A stretch of 64,000 nucleotides of DNA from Kiritimatiellia bacterium (GTDB lineage Bacteria; Verrucomicrobiota; Kiritimatiellia; CAIQIC01; Lenti-01), in assembly GCA_040768005.1 (NCBI GenBank), contig JAXGNL010000008.1, positions 5,053-69,052 on the forward strand. The letters run 5' to 3'. The notes beneath the pieces were generated by a model. It had not been told where the DNA came from and made no database searches. It saw only the letters and a list, made by a program, of their open reading frames with translations. This document shows positions 53,845-61,682 of the stretch, piece after piece (within the stretch, counting starts at the first letter, position 1; the number at the start of each line of letters is the position of its first letter). The position numbers and the translations under genes were made by a program.

Positions 53845-56700
53845 CTACGGGGCCGGGGCGGCCTGCTCCGGCGCGGTCGGCGCCACCTCGGCCGCCAGCT
53901 TCAGGGTGGCCGCGGTCCGCTTCTGGCGGATTTCGCCCACCTTGGGGCTGGTGGGATACAGTTCCAGATAGCGGTCCGCGCTTTCGATCACCTCGGCATG
54001 GCGGCCCATCTCGTCGGCCAGCGCCAGGCCTTCGAGAATGGCGGTTTCGATCTGCTTGCGGGCCTTTTCGGTCTTGCCGCCGCCGAAATACTCCAGGCGC
54101 TTGTAGGCCGCCAGCGCGCCGGTCTGGTCGCCTTCGGCCTTGAGCACCTCGGCATAGAGCAGGCTGGTGTCGTTGACCACTTCCGGCTCGCGCGCGTACT
54201 TGAAGATGTCGCCGATGGCCACCTTGGCGGCGGCGAGCTGGTTGAGCTTCATGTTGGCGCTGGCCAGCTTGAGCTTGGCCGGATAGAACAGCGCGGAGTT
54301 GGGCCAGCGCCGCATCAGGTCGTCGAGCGATTCCACCGCGCCGGCATACTGGCCCAGTTCGTAGCGGGCGGCGCCGATGCCGTAGAGGGCGCGCTCCAGC
54401 AGGGCGCGGTCTTCGGTCTTGCCCACCACCTGGCTGAAGGCCTGCTCGGCTTCGGTCCACTGTTCCTTGTCCAGCATGGCCTGGCCCACGCGGACGAATT
54501 CGCCTTCGGAATAGCTGCCGGGGCTGGCCAGCATCGCCCCCAGCGCCTCCCGGGCCTGGTCGAACTGTTCGAGTTCCAGCGCCCCGTTGATGCGCGCATA
54601 CTGCGCGTTCTTGCCTTCATCCGTGTCCGGGTACTCCTGGGCCAGCCGGGCGAAGGTCGCGTTGGCCCCGGGATCCTTCAGGGCCATCTGGAGCGACCCC
54701 TTGAGGTTCAGGGCCTTCGGCGCCAGGGCGGACTGCGGGTGGTACTGGAGGAATTCGTCGAGCTTGGCGACGGCCGCCTTGCGGGTGGCGTCGCTGGGCA
54801 GCCGGCTCAGGCTGAAGGCCAGGTAGAAGCGCGCCTGTTCCAGCAGTTTGGCGTTGCGCTCCAGTTCCTCCGCGCTGCGGCCGTAGGGATTGCCTTCCGG
54901 AGAGAGGGCGGCGACAAGGGCATTGAACTGGCGGACGGCGTTGGGCAGGTCGCCGGTCTGCCGGTAGGAATCGCCCAGCGCAAACATCGCCTGGGCCAGG
55001 TTCGGGCTCGGGCTGCCCTTGCTTTCCTCGATATAGAGCTTCATGCCCTCGACCGCGCCGGCGTAATCCTTGTCCAGATACGACCGCCAGGCGCGCCGCG
55101 ACAGCGCCTTGGTGTAGTTCTGGTCCTGGGGATAGTCGGTAATGATCTTGGCGTAGAACGCATCGGCCTTTTCCTGATCCTTGGCCTGCTCGGCCTTCTG
55201 GGCCAGGTAGAACAGGATCTGGCCCGCGCGGGCATCCCTCGGCGTGTACTTCAAGTACTGGTTGTACATGTACAGCCCCATCTCCGCGTTGCCGCCGTCC
55301 TCGTACAGCTTGCCCAGCGACACCAGCGCCCGCGCCGGGATGTCGCTCTTGCCGGCAAACCGCTCGCCGATGTAGAGCGCGACCATCTTGGCGTAGAGAT
55401 GATCGTTCTGGTGCATGTAGCACTGGGCCAGGTTGCCCAGCGCGCCGATCGAGAGATCGCCCGCCTCCGGGAACTGCTCCAGCACCCGCAGGTATTCCTT
55501 GGACGCCTCTTGGTATTTCTTCTGGCGGAACAGATTGTCCGCCATCATGAATTCCGTCCCCGCCAGCTTGCTGGCCGCCACGGTGGACAGGTCGATCTTG
55601 ACCGTCTTGCCGTAGGTCGTTTCCAGGATGTCCTTGATGGCCTTGGCTTCCATGCCCGCCGCCGGCCCCCAGGGGCTGTCGGCATACTTCACGAACACGT
55701 TGTAGTATTCGCCCAGGGCCTTGCTGTAGGCCGCCACGGCCTCGGCCTCCTTGCCCTCCTGCCCCGCCAGGCGGTCGGCCTCTTCCTTCCACAGGCGCCC
55801 CAGCAGGGAGCGCGCCCCCGCCATCGGGCTCTCCCGCATCGGCATCCCCAGCTCCTTCAGCGTCTCGTCAATCGGCTTGATGATGTCCATGTGGCTCATC
55901 AGCACCTTGCGCGCGCCCTCGGGATTGCCCCGCGCCAGCTCGACATTGGCCATGATCACGATGGAATCCACGAACTGCAGATCCAGCCCGCCCCACTGCA
56001 GGGTTTCGCACAGCTTCAGCACTTCCTCGAGCAGCTTGTTCTTCTCGTCGCCGGACTTCTTTTCCGCCGCCTTCACCAGCGCCTGCGCCCGCGCCAGGAT
56101 CATCGAGCGCTTCAGGTCCGGCGATTCCGTGATGTCCTCGACCCGCTTGTAGCTGACCGCCGCCCCTTCGTAGTCGCCGATCATTTCCTTCATCTGCGCG
56201 TACTGGTAGGCCGCGTCGCGGTAGCGCAGCATCACGTCCTTGTCCGTCGGCGCCTTCCCCTCGTACAGCTTGAAGAAATCATCGTACAGCGCGCGCGCCT
56301 TGTCCGTCTCCCCGATCGCGAAATAATTCTTCCCCAGGGCCAGGCTGATGGCCTGCGCCTGCGGATTGGACATCCCCATCTCCCGCACCAGCGCCTCCGC
56401 CTCGTCGAACTTGCGCCCCTTGATCAGGATTTCGGCCTCGACGACCTTGGTGCGGTCGCGCTGCCCCGGATCCTTCAGCAGTATGGCATCCACCACCTTG
56501 CGGGCGAAATCCGGAAACGACGGTTCAAAGCTGATCAGCCCCGACGCAAACTCCAGGTCCTCGTCCACCCCCGCCCGCACCGTCGCCGCCGTCCCCGCCA
56601 GCAGGGCCGCGACCAGTGCCATCCGAAGCCCCGCTCCCGCGCCCGGCCCCATCCCCCGAAATCCCGGACGCCCAACCGATGAACGCGATTGCAGATTCAT
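53845..56700 (-). CDS. Large secreted TPR protein
   Basis: Signal-like LVAALLAGTAATVRA and many TPR units (e.g. FNALV, YPQDQNY, HPQSALAPKA, WPNSALF, YPTSPK). Exact start uncertain. Confidence 0.8.
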   Translation of the reverse strand: MNLQSRSSVGRPGFRGMGPGAGAGLRMALVAALLAGTAATVRAGVDEDLEFASGLISFEPSFPDFARKVVDAILLKDPGQRDRTKVVEAEILIKGRKFDEAEALVREMGMSNPQAQAISLALGKNYFAIGETDKARALYDDFFKLYEGKAPTDKDVMLRYRDAAYQYAQMKEMIGDYEGAAVSYKRVEDITESPDLKRSMILARAQALVKAAEKKSGDEKNKLLEEVLKLCETLQWGGLDLQFVDSIVIMANVELARGNPEGARKVLMSHMDIIKPIDETLKELGMPMRESPMAGARSLLGRLWKEEADRLAGQEGKEAEAVAAYSKALGEYYNVFVKYADSPWGPAAGMEAKAIKDILETTYGKTVKIDLSTVAASKLAGTEFMMADNLFRQKKYQEASKEYLRVLEQFPEAGDLSIGALGNLAQCYMHQNDHLYAKMVALYIGERFAGKSDIPARALVSLGKLYEDGGNAEMGLYMYNQYLKYTPRDARAGQILFYLAQKAEQAKDQEKADAFYAKIITDYPQDQNYTKALSRRAWRSYLDKDYAGAVEGMKLYIEESKGSPSPNLAQAMFALGDSYRQTGDLPNAVRQFNALVAALSPEGNPYGRSAEELERNAKLLEQARFYLAFSLSRLPSDATRKAAVAKLDEFLQYHPQSALAPKALNLKGSLQMALKDPGANATFARLAQEYPDTDEGKNAQYARINGALELEQFDQAREALGAMLASPGSYSEGEFVRVGQAMLDKEQWTEAEQAFSQVVGKTEDRALLERALYGIGAARYELGQYAGAVESLDDLMRRWPNSALFYPAKLKLASANMKLNQLAAAKVAIGDIFKYAREPEVVNDTSLLYAEVLKAEGDQTGALAAYKRLEYFGGGKTEKARKQIETAILEGLALADEMGRHAEVIESADRYLELYPTSPKVGEIRQKRTAATLKLAAEVAPTAPEQAAPAP

Positions 56701-56765
56701 GACTTGTTCTTACCCTTTCCCCCGGGATATCGTCAAGCATCGAAACCGGTTTTGATGAGGATGTT

Positions 56766-57860
56766 ATGATGTTCAAACCCTGCGGCGCAACCGGCAAACA
56801 GTTGTCGGCAATCGGATTCGGCGGCATGCGCCTGCCCGACCCCCGCCGGCCGGACAAGGCCATCGAACTGCTGCACGCCGCCCGCCGCGCCGGCATCACC
56901 TACTTCGACACCGCCCCGTTCTACTGCGACGACCGCAGCGAAGACATTTTCGGCGAGGCCCTGCGCACGATGCCCGACTCGCCCCTGCCGCTGTATGTCT
57001 CCTCCAAATGCTCGAAACCCGACGGCGACGGATTCCGCCGCAGCCTCGAGCGGTCGCTGGCCCGCCTGGGCCTCGACCGGATCGCCTTCTTCCACCTCTG
57101 GTGCGTGATGGATCCCGCCGACTGGCGGCAGCGGGTGGACGGCGGGGCGCTCGCCGCCGCCCTCCGCGCCCGCGACGAAGGCCTGATCGAACACGTCTGC
57201 GTCTCCACCCATATGCGCGGGCCCGATGCCGCCCGCCTCCTGGCCGACCATCCGGAGATTGATCTCGTCACCCTGGGCTACTGCGCCATCAACTTCCCGT
57301 ACCGCCGCGAAGGCGTCGAAGCCGCCGCCCGCCTGCGCAAAGGCGTCGTGGCCATGAATCCCCTCGGCGGCGGCCTCATCCCCCAACATCCGGACGTCTT
57401 CGACTTCATCCGGGCCCCCGGCGACCCCGATGTCGTCACCGCCGCCCTGCGCTTCCTCGTCTCCGACCCCGCCGTCACCACCGCCCTCGTCGGATTCAGC
57501 GCCCTCCATGAACTCGAGGCCGCCGTGAACGCCCTGCACGACTTCACCCCCCGCCCCCCGGACCACCTGGAAACCCTTCGCGCGAACATCGAACGCGGCT
57601 TCAACGAAATGTGCACCGGCTGCGGCTACTGCCTGCCCTGCCCGCAGGACATCCCCATTCCGCAATACATGGATATTCACAACCGGATCCAGCTCGGCGC
57701 CTCTCCCGACGACATCCGCGACCGGTTTCGCCTGCATTGGGGACTGACCCCCGACGGCGCCGCCCGCTGCGTCCAGTGCGGCCTCTGCGAAACCCGCTGC
57801 ACCCAGCACCTCCCCATCATCCGGCGCCTCCAGACCCTCGCCGAACTGCGCTTCCCGTAG
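56766..57860 (+). CDS. Aldo/keto reductase with C-terminal 4Fe-4S dicluster
   Basis: LSAIGFGGMR, YFDTAPFY, AMNPLGGG, CTGCGYCLPCP and CVQCGLCETRC. Confidence 0.92.
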   Translation: MMFKPCGATGKQLSAIGFGGMRLPDPRRPDKAIELLHAARRAGITYFDTAPFYCDDRSEDIFGEALRTMPDSPLPLYVSSKCSKPDGDGFRRSLERSLARLGLDRIAFFHLWCVMDPADWRQRVDGGALAAALRARDEGLIEHVCVSTHMRGPDAARLLADHPEIDLVTLGYCAINFPYRREGVEAAARLRKGVVAMNPLGGGLIPQHPDVFDFIRAPGDPDVVTAALRFLVSDPAVTTALVGFSALHELEAAVNALHDFTPRPPDHLETLRANIERGFNEMCTGCGYCLPCPQDIPIPQYMDIHNRIQLGASPDDIRDRFRLHWGLTPDGAARCVQCGLCETRCTQHLPIIRRLQTLAELRFP

Positions 57861-57967
57861 CGCAAGCGCGCGCGGGGGGGGCAGGGACCATCGGGTTGGG
57901 ACGTTGATCCGGCATTCCACAGCGACCTGATTCACCCCCGGCACAAGGCCATGGGGGTCTTTCTGGA

Positions 57968-58070
57968 TTTTCCACACCGTGGAAAAAAGTTTTCCATGGC
58001 GTGGAAAACGGCGCGAAAATTTTTCCATACCGTGGAAAATCCCGAACCGTTTTTTCCACGCCGTGGAAAA
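57968..58070. repeat. Array of four 19-bp palindromes TTTTCCAY-N3-GTGGAAAA
   Basis: Copies at 57968, 57990, 58021 and 58052, between the convergent AKR and lexA genes. Confidence 0.9.
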
Positions 58071-58118
58071 TCCGGATTTTTCGCCCTCCCTCCCCCGGCG
58101 GGCCGCCGGGAATCCGGC

Positions 58119-58703
58119 TCAGTACTTGCGGATGACGGCGCGGACAATGCCGCCGATTTCCAGCGAATGCTTCGGGCGGATGAAGTGGTACTTGGGATTG
58201 GCGGGATCGAGCCGCACGCCGGCCTTGTCGCGCATGTAGTACTTCAGCGTCCACTCGTCATCCACCCGGGCGACGACAATATCGTTCAGGTTGGGCCGGG
58301 GGCCCTTTTCCACCAGCACCAGATCGCCCGGCATGATGCCGGCGTCGATCATCGAGTCCCCGCGCACCGTCAGCATGAAGGTGTTGTCCGGATTCTTCAC
58401 CAGGTAGTCGTCCAGCGTGATGGCTTCGGCGTCCTGCTGCTCCTCCTGGGTCGGAAAGCCGGCGGCGATGGACCCCAGCAGGCGGACCGTCCCCGTCAGC
58501 TTGGGCAGCAGCGCCAGACGGCCGTTGGCGTCCTTGATCACGTACCCATGCTCCTCCAGCCGGTTCAGCACCCCGAACACGGCGTTCTTGGACCGGTAGC
58601 CGAACAGATCGAGCATCTCGGCAAAGGTCGGCGCGCGGCGCTCGTCGCGCCAGAACCGGCGCAGCTGGCGAATCCGGCTTTCCAAATCGAGTACGCGGGG
58701 CAT
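58119..58703 (-). CDS. lexA: LexA repressor
   Basis: N-terminal wHTH (APTFAEMLDLFGYRSKNAV), IAAGFP cleavage site, VRGDSM Ser and EWTLKY Lys; GGAGG RBS. Confidence 0.9.
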   Translation of the reverse strand: MPRVLDLESRIRQLRRFWRDERRAPTFAEMLDLFGYRSKNAVFGVLNRLEEHGYVIKDANGRLALLPKLTGTVRLLGSIAAGFPTQEEQQDAEAITLDDYLVKNPDNTFMLTVRGDSMIDAGIMPGDLVLVEKGPRPNLNDIVVARVDDEWTLKYYMRDKAGVRLDPANPKYHFIRPKHSLEIGGIVRAVIRKY

Positions 58704-58746
58704 GGCATTATCCTCCGGTTGGGTGGTTATTCTGCCTCCATATAAC

Positions 58747-58760
58747 TGAACTCCTGTTCA
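58747..58760. promoter_or_regulatory. Putative LexA operator TGAAC-N4-GTTCA in the lexA promoter
   Basis: TGAACTCCTGTTCA lies in the 17-nt spacer between TTGCCA and TTATAT on the minus strand. Confidence 0.82.
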
Positions 58761-58816
58761 TCTGGCAAGTCTTTTTTCGCACGGGGTGTCGGATTGGGCG
58801 CATCTGCGACGCCAGG

Positions 58817-58994
58817 ATTGGCCCTCGTCGCGCGGGGCTCACGTCCCGCGCGGATCCACCCAACCGCACGCGGCAGGAGCCGTGTGCCGCGAAACAACAG
58901 GCTGTACGGCTGTCATCCCGAGCGGAGTCGAGGGATCTCAGCCGGGTCCCGCAGGCCGGGCCCGAGATGTCTCGACTTCGCTCGACATGACCGG
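58817..58994 (-). repeat. Inverted copy of REP-like elements B and A
   Basis: Reverse complement matches 47949-48045 (31-nt arm identical, 29-nt arm with one mismatch) and, more loosely, 48156-48219. Confidence 0.82.
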
Positions 58995-59125
58995 TAAAAT
59001 GTCACTGCATGACTTCATAATCGTAGATGCGCCCTATCGCCCTAGTCGGATTTTATCTTTTCATCGGGCCGAACACCCGCTAGGCTCGCCGGCGAATGAG
59101 AAAGACAACCCCTGGAGGTCTGCCG

Positions 59126-61033
59126 ATGAAATCGAAATTCGCGTTGATGCTGTCCGCCTGCCTGTGCCTGGCGGTTCTGTCCCCCGCCGGAGCCGGCGTG
59201 CTGGGCGTGCTGGAAATCCGCGGCATGGACAATGTCGCCGGAGCGGTCCTGGAACTGAGCCAGGCCGTCGGCCAGCCCGTGCCCCGGGAAGTCATTACCA
59301 TGGGCGTGAACGGCCTGCTGGGTTCGCCGGCCGGCGTGGGCCTGGAGCCCAACGGCACGATCCGGGCCCTGTGGATGGACAACGACACCCCCGCCGGCGC
59401 CCTGGTGCTTCAGCTGCCGGTGCCCGACGACGGCAGCGCCTATCTGTCCGCGCTCGCCGATTCCGGCTGGTCCAGCGACAGCGAAACCACGGACGGCCTG
59501 ATCCATCTGGCCGCCCCGGCCGGCCAGTTCTCCCTGTGGACGGAAGCCTACGCCCTGAAAGGCGAGCGCACCCTGCTGGCCGCCCAGACCGCCCGCGACG
59601 TGCGCGCGGCCGCCGAAGCCGCCGCCGCCCTGCCGGCCATCCTGCCGGTTGAAGGCGTCGCCGCCGTCCAGGTTCACCCCGCCGCCCTCGTGGAAGCCTA
59701 CGGCGACCGCCTGGCCGCCCAGATGCAAGAGGCCTTTGAAGCCGTCCCCGACGAGGCCGGTGATGCCGCCGCCATGGGCCGGCTGTACATCGAAGGCTAT
59801 CTGGCCGTCGGACGCCAGATCCAGTCGTTCGCCGAGGGCATCGGCGTGGGCGATGGCCACCTCCTCCTGCACGTGGACATGACCCCGGTGGCCGGCAGCC
59901 GCCTGGCCCGCTGGGTCGCCACGATCGAGTCCCCCTCCCCGGCCACCGGGGTGGCCAATCTCCCCGGCGCGATCTTTTCCGCCGCCGCCCACCTCGGCGA
60001 CCTGTCGCTGATCCGGGAACCCTATTTCCGCTATATGGAACAGCTGCTGGGCATCATGGGCCGCCAGATGCCCGCGGACTCCATGACCGACTACCTGGAA
60101 TCCCTCAAGGCCTACTGGGAAAACTCCGGCAGCGATTTCGGCCTGGCCGTGCTGCCCCCCACCCGGGAAGCCCCCCTGCGCATGGCCGAATACCTGTCGG
60201 TCCGGAATCCCGCTGCGCTGCGCGGGCTGAATGCCCGGATGATCGGCGCCGCCAACAACCTGTTCCAGGCCTCGATGGCCACCGCCCCCTCCCAGCCCTT
60301 CACGTTCGAACTGGTCGCCGGAGAATCCCGCGAATACCGGGAAATCCCCGTTGACCGTATGACCTACCGCCTCACGGCCGGCCCGGACATGGCGAAAATC
60401 TGGCCCGAAGGCCGCACGCTGGAACTCGGCATCGAACAGGCCTGGCTGCCGGACGGCGTGCTGGTGGGCATCGGCGGCTCCGACATCACCGACCAGCTGG
60501 TGGACCGCGCCCTCGACGGCGCAGCCGCCCCGATCTCGGACCTCGATGCCTGGAAAGCCTTCTTCCCCCGCCCGGATGCGGGCCTGGCGGAAATGGCCCA
60601 TGCCGCGGTGTTTGACGGCCTGCGCGAATATCTCGGCCTGCTGGATTCCGTGACCGGCGAGGAGATGGCCCAGGCCATCCCCGCGGGCCGCGGCAACCTC
60701 TCCTGGCTCTCCTATCGCTCGCCCAACGGCATCCGCGCCCGCATGCGCTTCGGCCTCGACGACCTCGGCGCCATCGCCCAAAAGGCCCGGGAAGCCCAGC
60801 AGCGCGCCGCCGCCGCCCAGCAGGCCCAGATGGAGAAATTCCAGCGCGAACTGGAAGAAGAAGGCTACGATTTCCAGGAGTTGGACGAAGCCGAAACCGG
60901 CGACGGGGAGATGGACGCGGATGAAGCGGACGACTGGGGAATGGAAGAAGACGAGGAAGAAGCGGAGAAGGATCTGTTCGCCCCCGCCGAAACCATCGAC
61001 GAACCCGCCCCCATGGAGGCCATCGAAGACTGA
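59126..61033 (+). CDS. Secreted hypothetical protein with highly acidic C-terminal tail
   Basis: GGAGG RBS, signal peptide MKSKFALMLSACLCLAVLSPAGA and an E/D-rich last ~60 aa. Confidence 0.75.
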   Translation: MKSKFALMLSACLCLAVLSPAGAGVLGVLEIRGMDNVAGAVLELSQAVGQPVPREVITMGVNGLLGSPAGVGLEPNGTIRALWMDNDTPAGALVLQLPVPDDGSAYLSALADSGWSSDSETTDGLIHLAAPAGQFSLWTEAYALKGERTLLAAQTARDVRAAAEAAAALPAILPVEGVAAVQVHPAALVEAYGDRLAAQMQEAFEAVPDEAGDAAAMGRLYIEGYLAVGRQIQSFAEGIGVGDGHLLLHVDMTPVAGSRLARWVATIESPSPATGVANLPGAIFSAAAHLGDLSLIREPYFRYMEQLLGIMGRQMPADSMTDYLESLKAYWENSGSDFGLAVLPPTREAPLRMAEYLSVRNPAALRGLNARMIGAANNLFQASMATAPSQPFTFELVAGESREYREIPVDRMTYRLTAGPDMAKIWPEGRTLELGIEQAWLPDGVLVGIGGSDITDQLVDRALDGAAAPISDLDAWKAFFPRPDAGLAEMAHAAVFDGLREYLGLLDSVTGEEMAQAIPAGRGNLSWLSYRSPNGIRARMRFGLDDLGAIAQKAREAQQRAAAAQQAQMEKFQRELEEEGYDFQELDEAETGDGEMDADEADDWGMEEDEEEAEKDLFAPAETIDEPAPMEAIED

Positions 61034-61055
61034 CCGGTCTTCTGGTCGGCCGCAC

Positions 61056-61085
61056 GCCGGAGGGCACCCCGCCCTCCGGCTTTTT
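61056..61085 (+). terminator. Rho-independent terminator
   Basis: GCCGGAGGGC-ACCCC-GCCCTCCGGC followed by TTTTT. Confidence 0.85.
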
Positions 61086-61145
61086 CATGGGTTCAATACG
61101 GGGACTCCCCCCGTCCCCTCCGAATCCCCCTCTTTGTCCTGCTCC

Positions 61146-61224
61146 TAATTGTACTCCTACTCGTAATCATACTCTTACTCGTAATCGTAATCTTAACTCG
61201 CAATCGTACTCCTGCTCGTACTCG
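61146..61224. repeat. Degenerate hexamer tandem repeat (TAMTCN-like, about 13 units)
   Basis: TACTCC TACTCG TAATCA TACTCT TACTCG TAATCG... 61152-61168 is a perfect inverted match of 61502-61518. Confidence 0.85.
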
Positions 61225-61682
61225 CCCAGCTCCCGATGGCAGTTGATTGGATTAGAACATCTTCATGTATTCTGTAGCCGCAGAATTCGACCGGGACGGG
61301 GTTTCGCCTCCACCAAGGTTGCGGCGGACAGGCTGTCCCGGCTCCAACCAGACTCCAAACAGACCGGGACGGGGTCGTCCCGGCTCCAACCAGCCAGTGA
61401 ATCCTTGTCTTTGGAGCCCCCGACTGCCTGCCCGCCGGTGGAGGGACCCCGTCGGGGGTATGGAGCGGCTATAGCATGATGAAACCTGCTTTATGGGATT
61501 GGATTACGAGTAGGAGTAGGATGCAAACAAAGTGGGGACCCGTTTGCCGGCGGGCGACCATGACCTCCCGCCTTTCGGAAACCGAATCGCCCCCCTCCCC
61601 CGCCTTCCCGCCGGCCGCGGGAGGCGGGGGCAACTCCTGATGCAAACGCCCCCGGCGGACATCCACCGGGGGCGGCGCGGGA

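Noticed and set aside
56707-56736. Promoter for the TPR-exbBD operon (TTGACG...TAAGAA on the minus strand)
   Set aside because: The -10 is weak and the spacing is 18 nt; not strong enough to call.
57968-58070. Possible CRISPR array
   Set aside because: Spacers are only 3-12 nt, units are 19 bp, and no cas genes are present.
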